A DNA stretch of 64,000 nucleotides, taken from NCBI GenBank assembly GCA_004402895.1, contig SORT01000006.1:3995-67994 (forward strand). The letters run 5' to 3'. This DNA is from Fidelibacterota bacterium MT.SAG.3. Its GTDB lineage: Bacteria > Fidelibacterota > SORT01. The translations under genes were made by a program, and so were the position numbers. The notes beneath the pieces were generated by a model. That model did no database searches and was not told the origin of the DNA. It was given only the letters and a program-made list of their open reading frames with translations. Positions 19,910 through 28,950 of the stretch are shown one piece after another. Positions within the stretch are counted from its first letter, which is position 1, and each line of letters opens with the position of its first letter.

Positions 19910-21634
19910 ATGACAGCAAGAGTAAGCAACTTGATAGGCGATATCTTACTGAGAGAAAATAAGATATCCAAAGAAGATCTTGAGAGGGGATTAGAACTAC
20001 AGTCAGATTCAAATGAAAATCTTGGCGATATACTTATAAAAGAAAATATCGTCTCGGAAGAGTCTGTAGCTGAAGCGCTCGGAATTCAGACAAAAATGCC
20101 TTACTTGGATTTGGAAGATTTCAGCATTGATATCGAAGCTCTTAAAATTCTTAAAGCGAAGGATGCCCGTAAGTTCAAAGCGATGCCGATATTCATAATT
20201 GATGAAACGTTGACGGTGGCAATCAGCGACCCTTCGGATGTTCTTATTATTGACGAAATTACAAGAGCAACTCTCTTGGATGTAGAACCTGTTCTCTCCA
20301 CCCCAAGCGCCATAGAGAAAGCATTAGACTCATATTACGGCACGGGCGAATTGATGAAGAGTAGGTCTACTACGGAGGAAGCAGCAGCAGAATTTAAGGA
20401 TTTCGGTGCCGACACAGATGCTGAAGATGTGTCGGTAGTGCAGATGGTTGACATGATCATTAATCAAGCCGTAAAGACTTCCGCTTCGGATATCCATATT
20501 GAGCCCCGTGAACATGAATTGCGAATTCGATACAGGGTGGATGGATCGTTGCAGGAAGTTTTTACTCCCCCTAAGAAGCTACAGTCAGCCATTATCTCTC
20601 GGGTAAAGATCATGGCTTCACTGGATATCGCCGAAACACGCCTGCCGCAAGATGGAAGAATTCAGCATAAGATCGCCGATAAAAAGATAGACATGCGTAT
20701 TTCCACATATCCGACATTTTTCGGCGAAAAAATTGTTATCCGTGTTTTAGATTCTGAGGGAGCAAAAATATCTCTTCCCGGATTAGGGTTGACCGGTGAT
20801 ACACTCACGAAATACCGGAAACTCATCAAAAGCCCGAACGGTATAGTTTTAGTTACCGGTCCTACCGGTTCAGGAAAAACCACATCTTTGTACGCAAGTA
20901 TAAATGAGATCAATAGGGAAGAATTGAATATTATCACTATCGAGGATCCGATAGAATATCAGCTGCCCAACATCAATCAGGGGCAGGTAAATCCGAAGGC
21001 GGGAGTAACCTTCAGCACGGCTCTGAGAAGTATTTTGCGTCAGGATCCCGATGTGATAATGGTAGGGGAGATCAGAGACTTGGACACTGCCGCATTGGCA
21101 ATTCAAGCGGCTTTGACAGGTCATCTCGTATTCAGTACCGTGCATACAAATGATGCAGCCGGGGCGATCGCAAGGCTCATAAATATGGGTATTGAGCAGT
21201 TCATGGTAGCCTCGACGGTTAGAGGAGTAATTGCGCAACGTCTGGTAAGGAAATTATGCAATGAATGCGCTAAGAGATATCGCCCGACCGACGATGAGCT
21301 GAAGGCTCTCGGATTGAAGCCGTCAGATGATATAATATTCAGAAAACCTGTAGGATGTATGAGCTGTAGAAAGACCGGTTATCAGGGGCGAACCGGATTA
21401 TATGAGATATTGGTTCCTAACCAGGAAATAATAAAACTCATTCTTTCGGGCGGTTCTTCTATAGATATTAAAAATGCAGCTGTGAAAGCGGGAATGAGTA
21501 CTCTAAGGATGGAAGGATTGGAAAAAGTGAAAAAAGGATTGACCTCGATAGAGGAGATCCTGGCTATTACCTCTTCGGAGGTTGATGAGAGGGAAGGAAT
21601 CGGTCATACGCAACCAGCGCAGCCGGCAGTCTGA
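19910..21634 (+). CDS. type IV pilus assembly / type II secretion ATPase (PilB/GspE family)
   Basis: N-terminal MshEN-like domain, Walker A GPTGSGKTT, RQDPDVIMVGEIRD, tetracysteine CNEC...CMSC. Confidence 0.9.
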   Translation: MTARVSNLIGDILLRENKISKEDLERGLELQSDSNENLGDILIKENIVSEESVAEALGIQTKMPYLDLEDFSIDIEALKILKAKDARKFKAMPIFIIDETLTVAISDPSDVLIIDEITRATLLDVEPVLSTPSAIEKALDSYYGTGELMKSRSTTEEAAAEFKDFGADTDAEDVSVVQMVDMIINQAVKTSASDIHIEPREHELRIRYRVDGSLQEVFTPPKKLQSAIISRVKIMASLDIAETRLPQDGRIQHKIADKKIDMRISTYPTFFGEKIVIRVLDSEGAKISLPGLGLTGDTLTKYRKLIKSPNGIVLVTGPTGSGKTTSLYASINEINREELNIITIEDPIEYQLPNINQGQVNPKAGVTFSTALRSILRQDPDVIMVGEIRDLDTAALAIQAALTGHLVFSTVHTNDAAGAIARLINMGIEQFMVASTVRGVIAQRLVRKLCNECAKRYRPTDDELKALGLKPSDDIIFRKPVGCMSCRKTGYQGRTGLYEILVPNQEIIKLILSGGSSIDIKNAAVKAGMSTLRMEGLEKVKKGLTSIEEILAITSSEVDEREGIGHTQPAQPAV

Positions 21635-21673
21635 AATGGTAAAATTATTGATTTTGAACGGACGAGGAAAAAT

Positions 21674-23068
21674 ATGAGACATTTGTTACTAATTGATCCT
21701 GACTCGAAAAGCCGAGCTGCGATTCGGGAATTAGGCGAGAGAGAGGGCTGGACCATCGATTCGCTGAGCAGCGGTTTTGACGCTCTCGCATGGCTCGCGA
21801 TAAACCGGACTGACATGATATTGATGAGCATGGATATTCCGATGATCAGTTCAATCAAGGTACTCGGGAAAATGAAAAGGCTTCTGGAGAGAACTCCAGT
21901 GATATTGATGGCAGATGCCAACAATTATCCAAAAGTAACAGAAGGATATCAAGCAGGCGCCTATAAAATCCTTTTTAAGCCGTTGTCTCCCGAGTTGCTC
22001 ATGAAGAACATCGAAGAGGCGATGGGCTTCAAGGAATTATCATCCTCAATGAAAAGACCTGATCTGCTCCACACTTTCTTGCAGGGTTATGGCCACTTCA
22101 ATGGAAACAGTAAAGCGTCACAGGAATTGTACATCAAGATCGACAGAATATTGGATTCAGATATAACCGTGATGATAACAGGTGAAAGCGGTACTGGCAA
22201 AGAGATAGCCGCAAAGACCATACACCGTTACGGAAGTTTGAAAGATCAACCGTTCGTCTCGGTCAACTGTGCCGCTATACCTGAAAGCTTACAGGAGAGC
22301 GAGCTTTTCGGATATGATAAAGGAGCATTCACCGGAGCATATGCTGATAAGATCGGGAAGTTCGAGGCTGCAAATAACGGTACCCTATTTCTTGACGAAA
22401 TCGGCGACATGAGTTTACCGCTACAGGCAAAGATACTCAGGTTTATCGAGACAGGCGAACTTGAACGTGTAGGTGGTGTGGTGCAGAAGGATGTGAGCGT
22501 CAGACTTATCGCCGCAACAAATAAAGACCTTCAAACGGAAGTGAAGGAAAAACGCTTCAGGGAGGATTTATATCATCGTATCAACGTGTATCCTATCGAA
22601 CTGCCTTCGCTAAGAGAGCGTAAAGACGACATCGCCATACTCGCCTCATCCATCCTTAAACAAATGATCGGTACGGACAAAAAACATATCTCTATTCTGC
22701 CCGAAACTTATGACTTGCTTAGTAAGAACGATTGGAAGGGAAATGTCCGGGAACTCATCAATTCTCTCAACAGAGCTATAGTCAGCTCGAAAGAGGGTGT
22801 CTTAAGAATAGAGGATTTTTCGTTGCTCAGTGAAACTATTGAGCAAGAGGAAATATCAGTTGAGGAAGAAACTGTTACCGAACCGATAACAACTCTTAAG
22901 AAAGTTGAGAGGAATGCGATACTCAATGCCTTACGTTTTACCGATGGAAATATCCAGCGCGCTTCAAAAGCATTGGGCATAACTCGAGCTACTATGTATA
23001 ATAAACTAAAACGATACAACATCACGATTAGAAGGGAGATAAGGGAGATGAATTCCCAGGAAGTATAA
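21674..23068 (+). CDS. sigma-54-dependent transcriptional activator (NtrC/PilR-like) with atypical receiver domain
   Basis: AAA+ core GESGTGKE, GAFTGA loop (DKGAFTGA), C-terminal Fis-type HTH (ALGITRATMYNKLKRY), N-terminal receiver-like domain. Confidence 0.9.
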   Translation: MRHLLLIDPDSKSRAAIRELGEREGWTIDSLSSGFDALAWLAINRTDMILMSMDIPMISSIKVLGKMKRLLERTPVILMADANNYPKVTEGYQAGAYKILFKPLSPELLMKNIEEAMGFKELSSSMKRPDLLHTFLQGYGHFNGNSKASQELYIKIDRILDSDITVMITGESGTGKEIAAKTIHRYGSLKDQPFVSVNCAAIPESLQESELFGYDKGAFTGAYADKIGKFEAANNGTLFLDEIGDMSLPLQAKILRFIETGELERVGGVVQKDVSVRLIAATNKDLQTEVKEKRFREDLYHRINVYPIELPSLRERKDDIAILASSILKQMIGTDKKHISILPETYDLLSKNDWKGNVRELINSLNRAIVSSKEGVLRIEDFSLLSETIEQEEISVEEETVTEPITTLKKVERNAILNALRFTDGNIQRASKALGITRATMYNKLKRYNITIRREIREMNSQEV

Positions 23069-24279
23069 TGCCTGAATATTCATACAAAGCGAAGAATATG
23101 GCTGGAGAGCTGTTCACGGGAACCTTGACCGTTGCTTCAAAGCAAGAGGTAAATGATTTTCTGGATCAGCAGGAATATTTTCCGATAGAGATCAAAGAAG
23201 AGAAAGAGGGAGGCGACAGCATTAATTTCTTTGACCGGTTCCAGAAGGTCAGCAGCACTGATATAGCTAATTTTACAAAACAAGTCGCTACTCTAATAGG
23301 CGCCGGAGTGCCGATAGTATCAGCGCTTGATGCGCTCCATGATCAGACGGAGGATGAAAAGTTCAAAGGCATTATCGGATCGCTTATAACTGATGTAAGC
23401 GCCGGAGCGAGCTTCTCAGATTCTCTTTTAAAGCATAAATCCACATTTTCGAACCTATATGTCAATATGGTTCGAGCAGGTGAAAGCGCAGGTGTATTGG
23501 AAGATGTGCTAAAGAGACTTAGCGATTTTATGGAGCACGACGAATCGGTTAAAAAGAGTATAAAGAGCGCAATGAGGTATCCAATAATTGTGATGGTAGC
23601 TCTTACAATGGCGTTCTTCTTTGCCGTTACGTTCATTATCCCAAAATTTACGGTGATGTTCGCGCGTTCGGGGGTAGAGCTTCCGTTCATCACTCAGATG
23701 TTGCTGTTGATGAATTCTATTATAACGGATTATTGGTATATGGCTCTCTCAGTGTTTGGATTGACAGTATATCTGATACGTAGAATCTTAGGCACTACGA
23801 GAGGACGATTGGTGTGGGACGGTTTCAAGCTTAAATTACCGGTGTTCGGACCTCTGTTTCTTAAGAATTCCATATCACGTTTCGCTCATATGCTTGAAAC
23901 CTTAAACTCGAGCGGAATACATATCATCGAGGCATTACATATTTGTTCCGAAACTGCGGGAAATGCAGCGATCAGCAAGGAGATAGAACAGGCTCGCGCG
24001 GATGTGGAAGTAGGTACAGGTTTAGCAGAAGCGTTAGAGAAGGGTTACCTGTTTCCTCCCATGACCATCAGGATGATAAAAACCGGTCAGGAAGCCGGCT
24101 CCTTAGACGAAATGCTTGAGAGTATTTTTAGGCAATATGATGAAGAAGTAAAATATCTGACAGAACGGCTTTCCGCAATGGTCGAGCCGATGATGACCGT
24201 TATAATAGGAGTTTTTATTCTGATAATTGCTCTTGGAATTTTCCTGCCTATGTGGGGGATGTACGATGCTGTCAAGTAA
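23068..24279 (+). CDS. type IV pilus / T2SS platform protein (PilC/GspF family)
   Basis: 403 aa with two GspF-type repeats (FTKQVATLIGAGVPI...; FAHMLETLNSSGIHI...) and 3 TM segments. Confidence 0.9.
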   Translation: MPEYSYKAKNMAGELFTGTLTVASKQEVNDFLDQQEYFPIEIKEEKEGGDSINFFDRFQKVSSTDIANFTKQVATLIGAGVPIVSALDALHDQTEDEKFKGIIGSLITDVSAGASFSDSLLKHKSTFSNLYVNMVRAGESAGVLEDVLKRLSDFMEHDESVKKSIKSAMRYPIIVMVALTMAFFFAVTFIIPKFTVMFARSGVELPFITQMLLLMNSIITDYWYMALSVFGLTVYLIRRILGTTRGRLVWDGFKLKLPVFGPLFLKNSISRFAHMLETLNSSGIHIIEALHICSETAGNAAISKEIEQARADVEVGTGLAEALEKGYLFPPMTIRMIKTGQEAGSLDEMLESIFRQYDEEVKYLTERLSAMVEPMMTVIIGVFILIIALGIFLPMWGMYDAVK

Positions 24280-24285
24280 GTTCGG

Positions 24286-25581
24286 ATGAACAATATCAAT
24301 TCCAATCTATTCGTTGTCATTATTTTGGCAATGATCAATATATCCTGCGGAGATAGAGAGATTACAGGACCCGATGACGGCGGCATCTCTCTATTTGACC
24401 TAAAAGTAACTTCAATCGGTTTAATCGTAATATTAAGTTGGGATGCGATTGACAATTCAGACCTGATAGGTTATAAAATTTATCGTCAGATTAATGAGAA
24501 CGGATTTGCAGGATTCGATTCGGTTGTAAGTGAAGAAATCTCATTCACAGACCTGACGGTCCAAGTAGATAAAGTATATGATTATTATATCACAGCGAAG
24601 TTGACAGACAACATAGAATCATTGCCTTCTGATACCGTACAGATAATTCCGGGTTTTACCACCACATGGGTTTTGGATAATTCTACCAGGATCTTAAGTG
24701 AATTGACGCATGATGTAGCTCATAAGACAGGGAAATTTTTTGACAATCTTCCATTCGTAACCGCTTTTGATATCGATGAAAACAGTGGATATATTTATCT
24801 GTTGAACGGCTCGGCTAAAACGCTTATGCTCTACGTAGAAGGTCAAGAGCCGGCAACTTTCACAAATCCTGACAGTACTTTTACATTGTTCGATGACCCA
24901 TCGGACATAGATTATGATTCTGTTGAGGACGATATGTGGATCGCCGACGGACTATCGGGGAATATATATCGTTATTCGCAAACTAAGCCGGGAGAATGGG
25001 TGTTAGCGGATTCCCTAAACACAGGAGGGAGCGCCGATGTAGGGCAGATAGCCGATAATGGTGACTATTGGGTAATAAACAGTAAAGGGAAATCGGTGGA
25101 GATTTATCAAAAGCGCAACACCGGATATAACAGGATAAATATCAGAGGATTCAGTTCAGGCGGAATACTGCTTGCCCTCGATAAGAAACGAGCAAGAGCG
25201 TATGCTGTAGACATAGGCACTGGAGCAGTTTCTGTTATCACCGCAACGGGAGTACAATCAACTATCTCTGTTATCGATAAAGCGATTTCAGCTGCGGTTG
25301 AACCTGAATCCGGTGATCTTTGGCTTCTTGCGGATGACGATGGAGACGGTGGCTACGATCTTATAAAACTTTATGATACGGGCGGCCGTATATTCGAGAT
25401 AGACACAGGTTTGAGTCAGCCAACATGGATGGGAGTGAATTCGTATAACATGAACGTTGTCGTTTTGAATAGAACGTTCGATGAACCAAAAGCGACTACA
25501 TTTGATAAATTAGGGAATAGCATTAACACTTTTGAATCTCTTACTGAACCGGTAAGAGCACGGATAGTGAAATTAGATTGA
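24286..25581 (+). CDS. secreted hypothetical protein (FN3-like domain plus beta-propeller-like repeats)
   Basis: Signal/lipobox-like LAMINISCG. LSWDAIDNSDLIGYKIYR is an FN3-like segment. Repeated D..W.AD..G.IYRY-type strands. Confidence 0.45.
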   Translation: MNNINSNLFVVIILAMINISCGDREITGPDDGGISLFDLKVTSIGLIVILSWDAIDNSDLIGYKIYRQINENGFAGFDSVVSEEISFTDLTVQVDKVYDYYITAKLTDNIESLPSDTVQIIPGFTTTWVLDNSTRILSELTHDVAHKTGKFFDNLPFVTAFDIDENSGYIYLLNGSAKTLMLYVEGQEPATFTNPDSTFTLFDDPSDIDYDSVEDDMWIADGLSGNIYRYSQTKPGEWVLADSLNTGGSADVGQIADNGDYWVINSKGKSVEIYQKRNTGYNRINIRGFSSGGILLALDKKRARAYAVDIGTGAVSVITATGVQSTISVIDKAISAAVEPESGDLWLLADDDGDGGYDLIKLYDTGGRIFEIDTGLSQPTWMGVNSYNMNVVVLNRTFDEPKATTFDKLGNSINTFESLTEPVRARIVKLD

Positions 25582-25609
25582 ATTCGGACATGGCATCGGA
25601 TCTTAGTTT

Positions 25610-27631
25610 TTGACGATATTTAGAAAAAATCTGTTACTGATATTTCTCCCGGTCGGAGTCTTCCTTCTCGTTTATATCGGTGATACGCTTTTCTACATCC
25701 ATACCGGTGTGGTTGAAGGACTCTCCTGGCTAAGGGAGATACTTCTTTTCGGAGCGATAGCAGGATTTGTCCCTATGTTATCATCGATCAAGATTTTGAG
25801 ACCTGCAGATACAACAGGAAAATTCCGGGTTCTGCTATTCACTGTTCTTTTATTTTTCGGGTTATCTTATATCCGCAGGGTAATGATTTTGCCCGCCTTC
25901 AGCTCGGTGACGGGATACGCTATCACCTCCATACTTTATTCGTTATTAAGCATTATTGCTTTGATTCAGATTCGCGACCTTATCTATTTCAAACGACGGA
26001 AGAGCACGGCTCGCGTTTTTTCATTATTGGTCATATCCATCGCGTTGGTGTCTATCTACGGCGGATTGAGTTCAAGAGATTTCCAGCAGATGTTGAATGT
26101 TGCCACGATTCCAATCGGGCTTTCCCTCTTCAACTCATTCAGGGTCTCATGGATAGCTTATCTATCGAAAAAGCAGAAATATCAAATACTCTTGGTCAGT
26201 TTGATAATTGTGGCTTTTTCGGCAATGCTGCAGGATCTGGTTAATGGCAGCGCTATATATGAATACAGTTACAGCGTAGAGATATTCGTGCGCCTATCAA
26301 CCGGATTTATTTCGATTTACATGGCATTTGCCCTGGTCGGATTACTGCTGCATCTTCCTACAGCAACCCTATTCGACAAAAAAATAAGGGAGATAGAATC
26401 GCTACAGAGACTAAGCCGATCGGTAAGTTCCGTTCTTGATTTCGATAAACTCGCGGAAATGATATCGGAGTTTACCGCTGAATATTCGAATTCTCAGTAT
26501 TCCTGGTTGGTCCTCACCGAAGAGGATTCAAATCATTTTTATCTCTCTTCAAGTTTTGGATTGACCCAAGAACAACAGAAAAATATGAATTTCAGTAAAA
26601 CGGAAGGAACGAGCGGAGCAATATTCGATAGTAAACAACCTTATATTGCTCAGGATGTTTCCAGAGAGAAAGGCACGAGGCATCTGAGTTCTTGGAATTC
26701 TGAGGTGCGATCCCTTGTCGGATATCCTTTGATATCCGAATCGAATGTTATCGGAATTTTATATGCGGCAAAGAACGAAGAGTATGGTTTCGACAATGAC
26801 GATATTGACATGCTTGGAGCTTTTACGAATCATATAGTCATTGCGCTTGAAAACGCAAAATTAGTAAAGAAATCTCTTGATAAGGAAAGGCTCGAACATG
26901 AATTGAGATTAGCGCATGAGGTCCAGCTTAATTTGTTGCCTAAAGAGGTGCCTGTTCCTTCAGATTCAATAGACTTGGCAGCCGCGAGCATGCCGGCACA
27001 CGAGGTTGGAGGTGATTATTTTGATTTTATAGAGATTGACGACGACCGTCTCGGAATGGTCATAGGCGATGTTTCGGGTAAAGGAACATCCGCCGCGTTC
27101 TACATGGCGGAGATAAAGGGAATGATCCAGGCGTACAGCAGAATATATGATTCACCTCTCAAGATACTCAGCGACGTGAATAGAGCGTTGCACGGGAACA
27201 TGGACAGTCGCTCGTTTATATCGCTGACCTATGCGGTAATCGACACGAAAAATAACATAATGAAATATGCCAGAGCGGGACATATGCCGATCTTGTATTA
27301 CAGTAAAAGTAAGGACGAATGGATCGATCTCGAACCGAAAGGTATCGGGCTTGGAATGGATAAGGGTGATATCTTTGATAATATAATCGAAGAGAAAGAG
27401 CAGAAACTCAAAAGTGGTGAACTTTATTACTTCTTTACCGATGGAGTTTCCGATGCAATGGATGAAAATCAGAAAGAATTCGGTGAGGATAGAATAAAGA
27501 TCTCGTTGAAGAATTATTTCGACTTTAGCTCAGAAGAGATTAAAGCGAAACTGATATCCGACATTTGGAATCATATGGGTAATCAACCTGTCCACGATGA
27601 TATAACCATGATAATAATGAAAATTAAGTAA
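25610..27631 (+). CDS. membrane-anchored GAF-PP2C (SpoIIE/RsbU-type) serine phosphatase
   Basis: About 8 N-terminal TM segments, a GAF-like middle and a PP2C core (HEVGGDYFDF, VIGDVSGKGTSAAFYMA, FFTDGVSDA, HDDITMIIMK). Confidence 0.8.
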   Translation: MTIFRKNLLLIFLPVGVFLLVYIGDTLFYIHTGVVEGLSWLREILLFGAIAGFVPMLSSIKILRPADTTGKFRVLLFTVLLFFGLSYIRRVMILPAFSSVTGYAITSILYSLLSIIALIQIRDLIYFKRRKSTARVFSLLVISIALVSIYGGLSSRDFQQMLNVATIPIGLSLFNSFRVSWIAYLSKKQKYQILLVSLIIVAFSAMLQDLVNGSAIYEYSYSVEIFVRLSTGFISIYMAFALVGLLLHLPTATLFDKKIREIESLQRLSRSVSSVLDFDKLAEMISEFTAEYSNSQYSWLVLTEEDSNHFYLSSSFGLTQEQQKNMNFSKTEGTSGAIFDSKQPYIAQDVSREKGTRHLSSWNSEVRSLVGYPLISESNVIGILYAAKNEEYGFDNDDIDMLGAFTNHIVIALENAKLVKKSLDKERLEHELRLAHEVQLNLLPKEVPVPSDSIDLAAASMPAHEVGGDYFDFIEIDDDRLGMVIGDVSGKGTSAAFYMAEIKGMIQAYSRIYDSPLKILSDVNRALHGNMDSRSFISLTYAVIDTKNNIMKYARAGHMPILYYSKSKDEWIDLEPKGIGLGMDKGDIFDNIIEEKEQKLKSGELYYFFTDGVSDAMDENQKEFGEDRIKISLKNYFDFSSEEIKAKLISDIWNHMGNQPVHDDITMIIMKIK

Positions 27632-27670
27632 CAATATGAACCTTAAAACGTAAATAATACGGAGAGAGTA

Positions 27671-28027
27671 ATGCAAACAGATATAAAAATGAATATTGTT
27701 GAGAAAGATGAGATAGCGACACTCCATGTCGGGGGATATCTCGATGCCCATACAGCATCAAAATTCGAGTCAAAAATTCAAGAGCTGATTCAATCTGAAA
27801 AATATAATATTATCTTGAATTTTGCTAATCTTGAATACATATCGAGCGCGGGACTTGGAGTAATAATGGGAAATATTGAGGATATACGAAATCACGACGG
27901 CGACATCAAATTGACAGAGATGAGCGATAAGATTTACCGGGTATTCGATCTTGTCGGTTTCCCGAGTTTATATGAAATATATAAAACTCAGGAAGAAACT
28001 GAATCCTCCTTTGGGAGTAAAAGTTGA
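27671..28027 (+). CDS. STAS-domain anti-sigma-factor antagonist (RsbV/SpoIIAA-like)
   Basis: 118 aa. Phospho-Ser motif LEYISSAGLGV. Confidence 0.85.
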   Translation: MQTDIKMNIVEKDEIATLHVGGYLDAHTASKFESKIQELIQSEKYNIILNFANLEYISSAGLGVIMGNIEDIRNHDGDIKLTEMSDKIYRVFDLVGFPSLYEIYKTQEETESSFGSKS

Positions 28028-28464
28028 GCGCGATGGACAAGGTATCAAATAAAGATTTCGTACTGAAAATCTCGACTCAGAGTACTAATCTGAAGATTAT
28101 ACGCGATTTTATCACCGATATAGCGAGGAAAGCGGGATTTGACGAATCAGCCTCCTTTGATATAGCTCTCGCTGTGGATGAAGCATGCACAAATGTAATC
28201 AAACACGCTTACAGAGGGGGAGACGATAAAGAAATTACCGTAAAAGTGCGTTACGATTCCGATAAGATCATCATAAGTATATCTGATACGGGCAAAGGTT
28301 TTAAATCAGAGCTCGAGGACGAAGCGGCAGTCAAAAAAAGATTGAACAGCCTGCAAAGAGGAGGCTTGGGAATATTCCTGATGAAAAAAACCATGGATGA
28401 AGTAGTTTTTGACAAGGACAGCGATTTGATGAACTCGGTAAAAATGACTAAATATCTGCATTGA
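28024..28464 (+). CDS. RsbW/SpoIIAB-like anti-sigma serine kinase (HATPase_c)
   Basis: N-box DEACTNVIKHAY and G-boxes DTGKGF, GGLGIFLM. 4-nt overlap with the STAS gene. Confidence 0.8.
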   Translation: MSAMDKVSNKDFVLKISTQSTNLKIIRDFITDIARKAGFDESASFDIALAVDEACTNVIKHAYRGGDDKEITVKVRYDSDKIIISISDTGKGFKSELEDEAAVKKRLNSLQRGGLGIFLMKKTMDEVVFDKDSDLMNSVKMTKYLH

Positions 28465-28522
28465 GCTTTTCCATTTCTATCGTTGCGAAGGAGTTCTGTT
28501 TCTCAGAACGACTGCGACAATC

Positions 28523-28863
28523 TCGAATTTATCCAATTACCGATAACTCCTGACACACCTCGTCTCAGCCTCTGCTGAGCCACCCCTCTCAAGAGGGGAA
28601 TTTTTCGCATCGGAGATGCGATAAGAAGTAGCCATGATTAAGGCTTACGCCTCAATTCAACATTCCGTAGCAGTCAGTGTAACTATGAGCGTCTTTGACG
28701 CCTGATTCGCACGAATTATCTCTCCCCTTGAGGGGAGTGTCCGTCAGCGGGCGGACGAGGGGTGTGATCGTTCAGTTCTTATTATGAAAGAAAATGTTAA
28801 TCACACTCTCCGTCTTTTGTCCCGATAATCAGGACAAAATCCACCTCCCTTGAGAGAGGAGGT
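28523..28863. repeat. composite locus of the same mosaic hairpin repeat family
   Basis: Shares at least 4 modules with 10354-10600: ...TGACACACC.CGTC, CACCCCTCT..AGAGGGGAATT, TCGCATCG..GATGCGATAAG, CCGTCTTTTGTCCCGAT..GGACAAAATCC. Also has extra CT-rich/GA-rich hairpins. Confidence 0.65.
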
Positions 28864-28950
28864 TAGGGTGCTCCCTGGTAAGAGGTACACGATGATACTG
28901 CTACCTTATCCGTTGAATTATTAAAAATAGGGTCGTATAATAATCTAATT

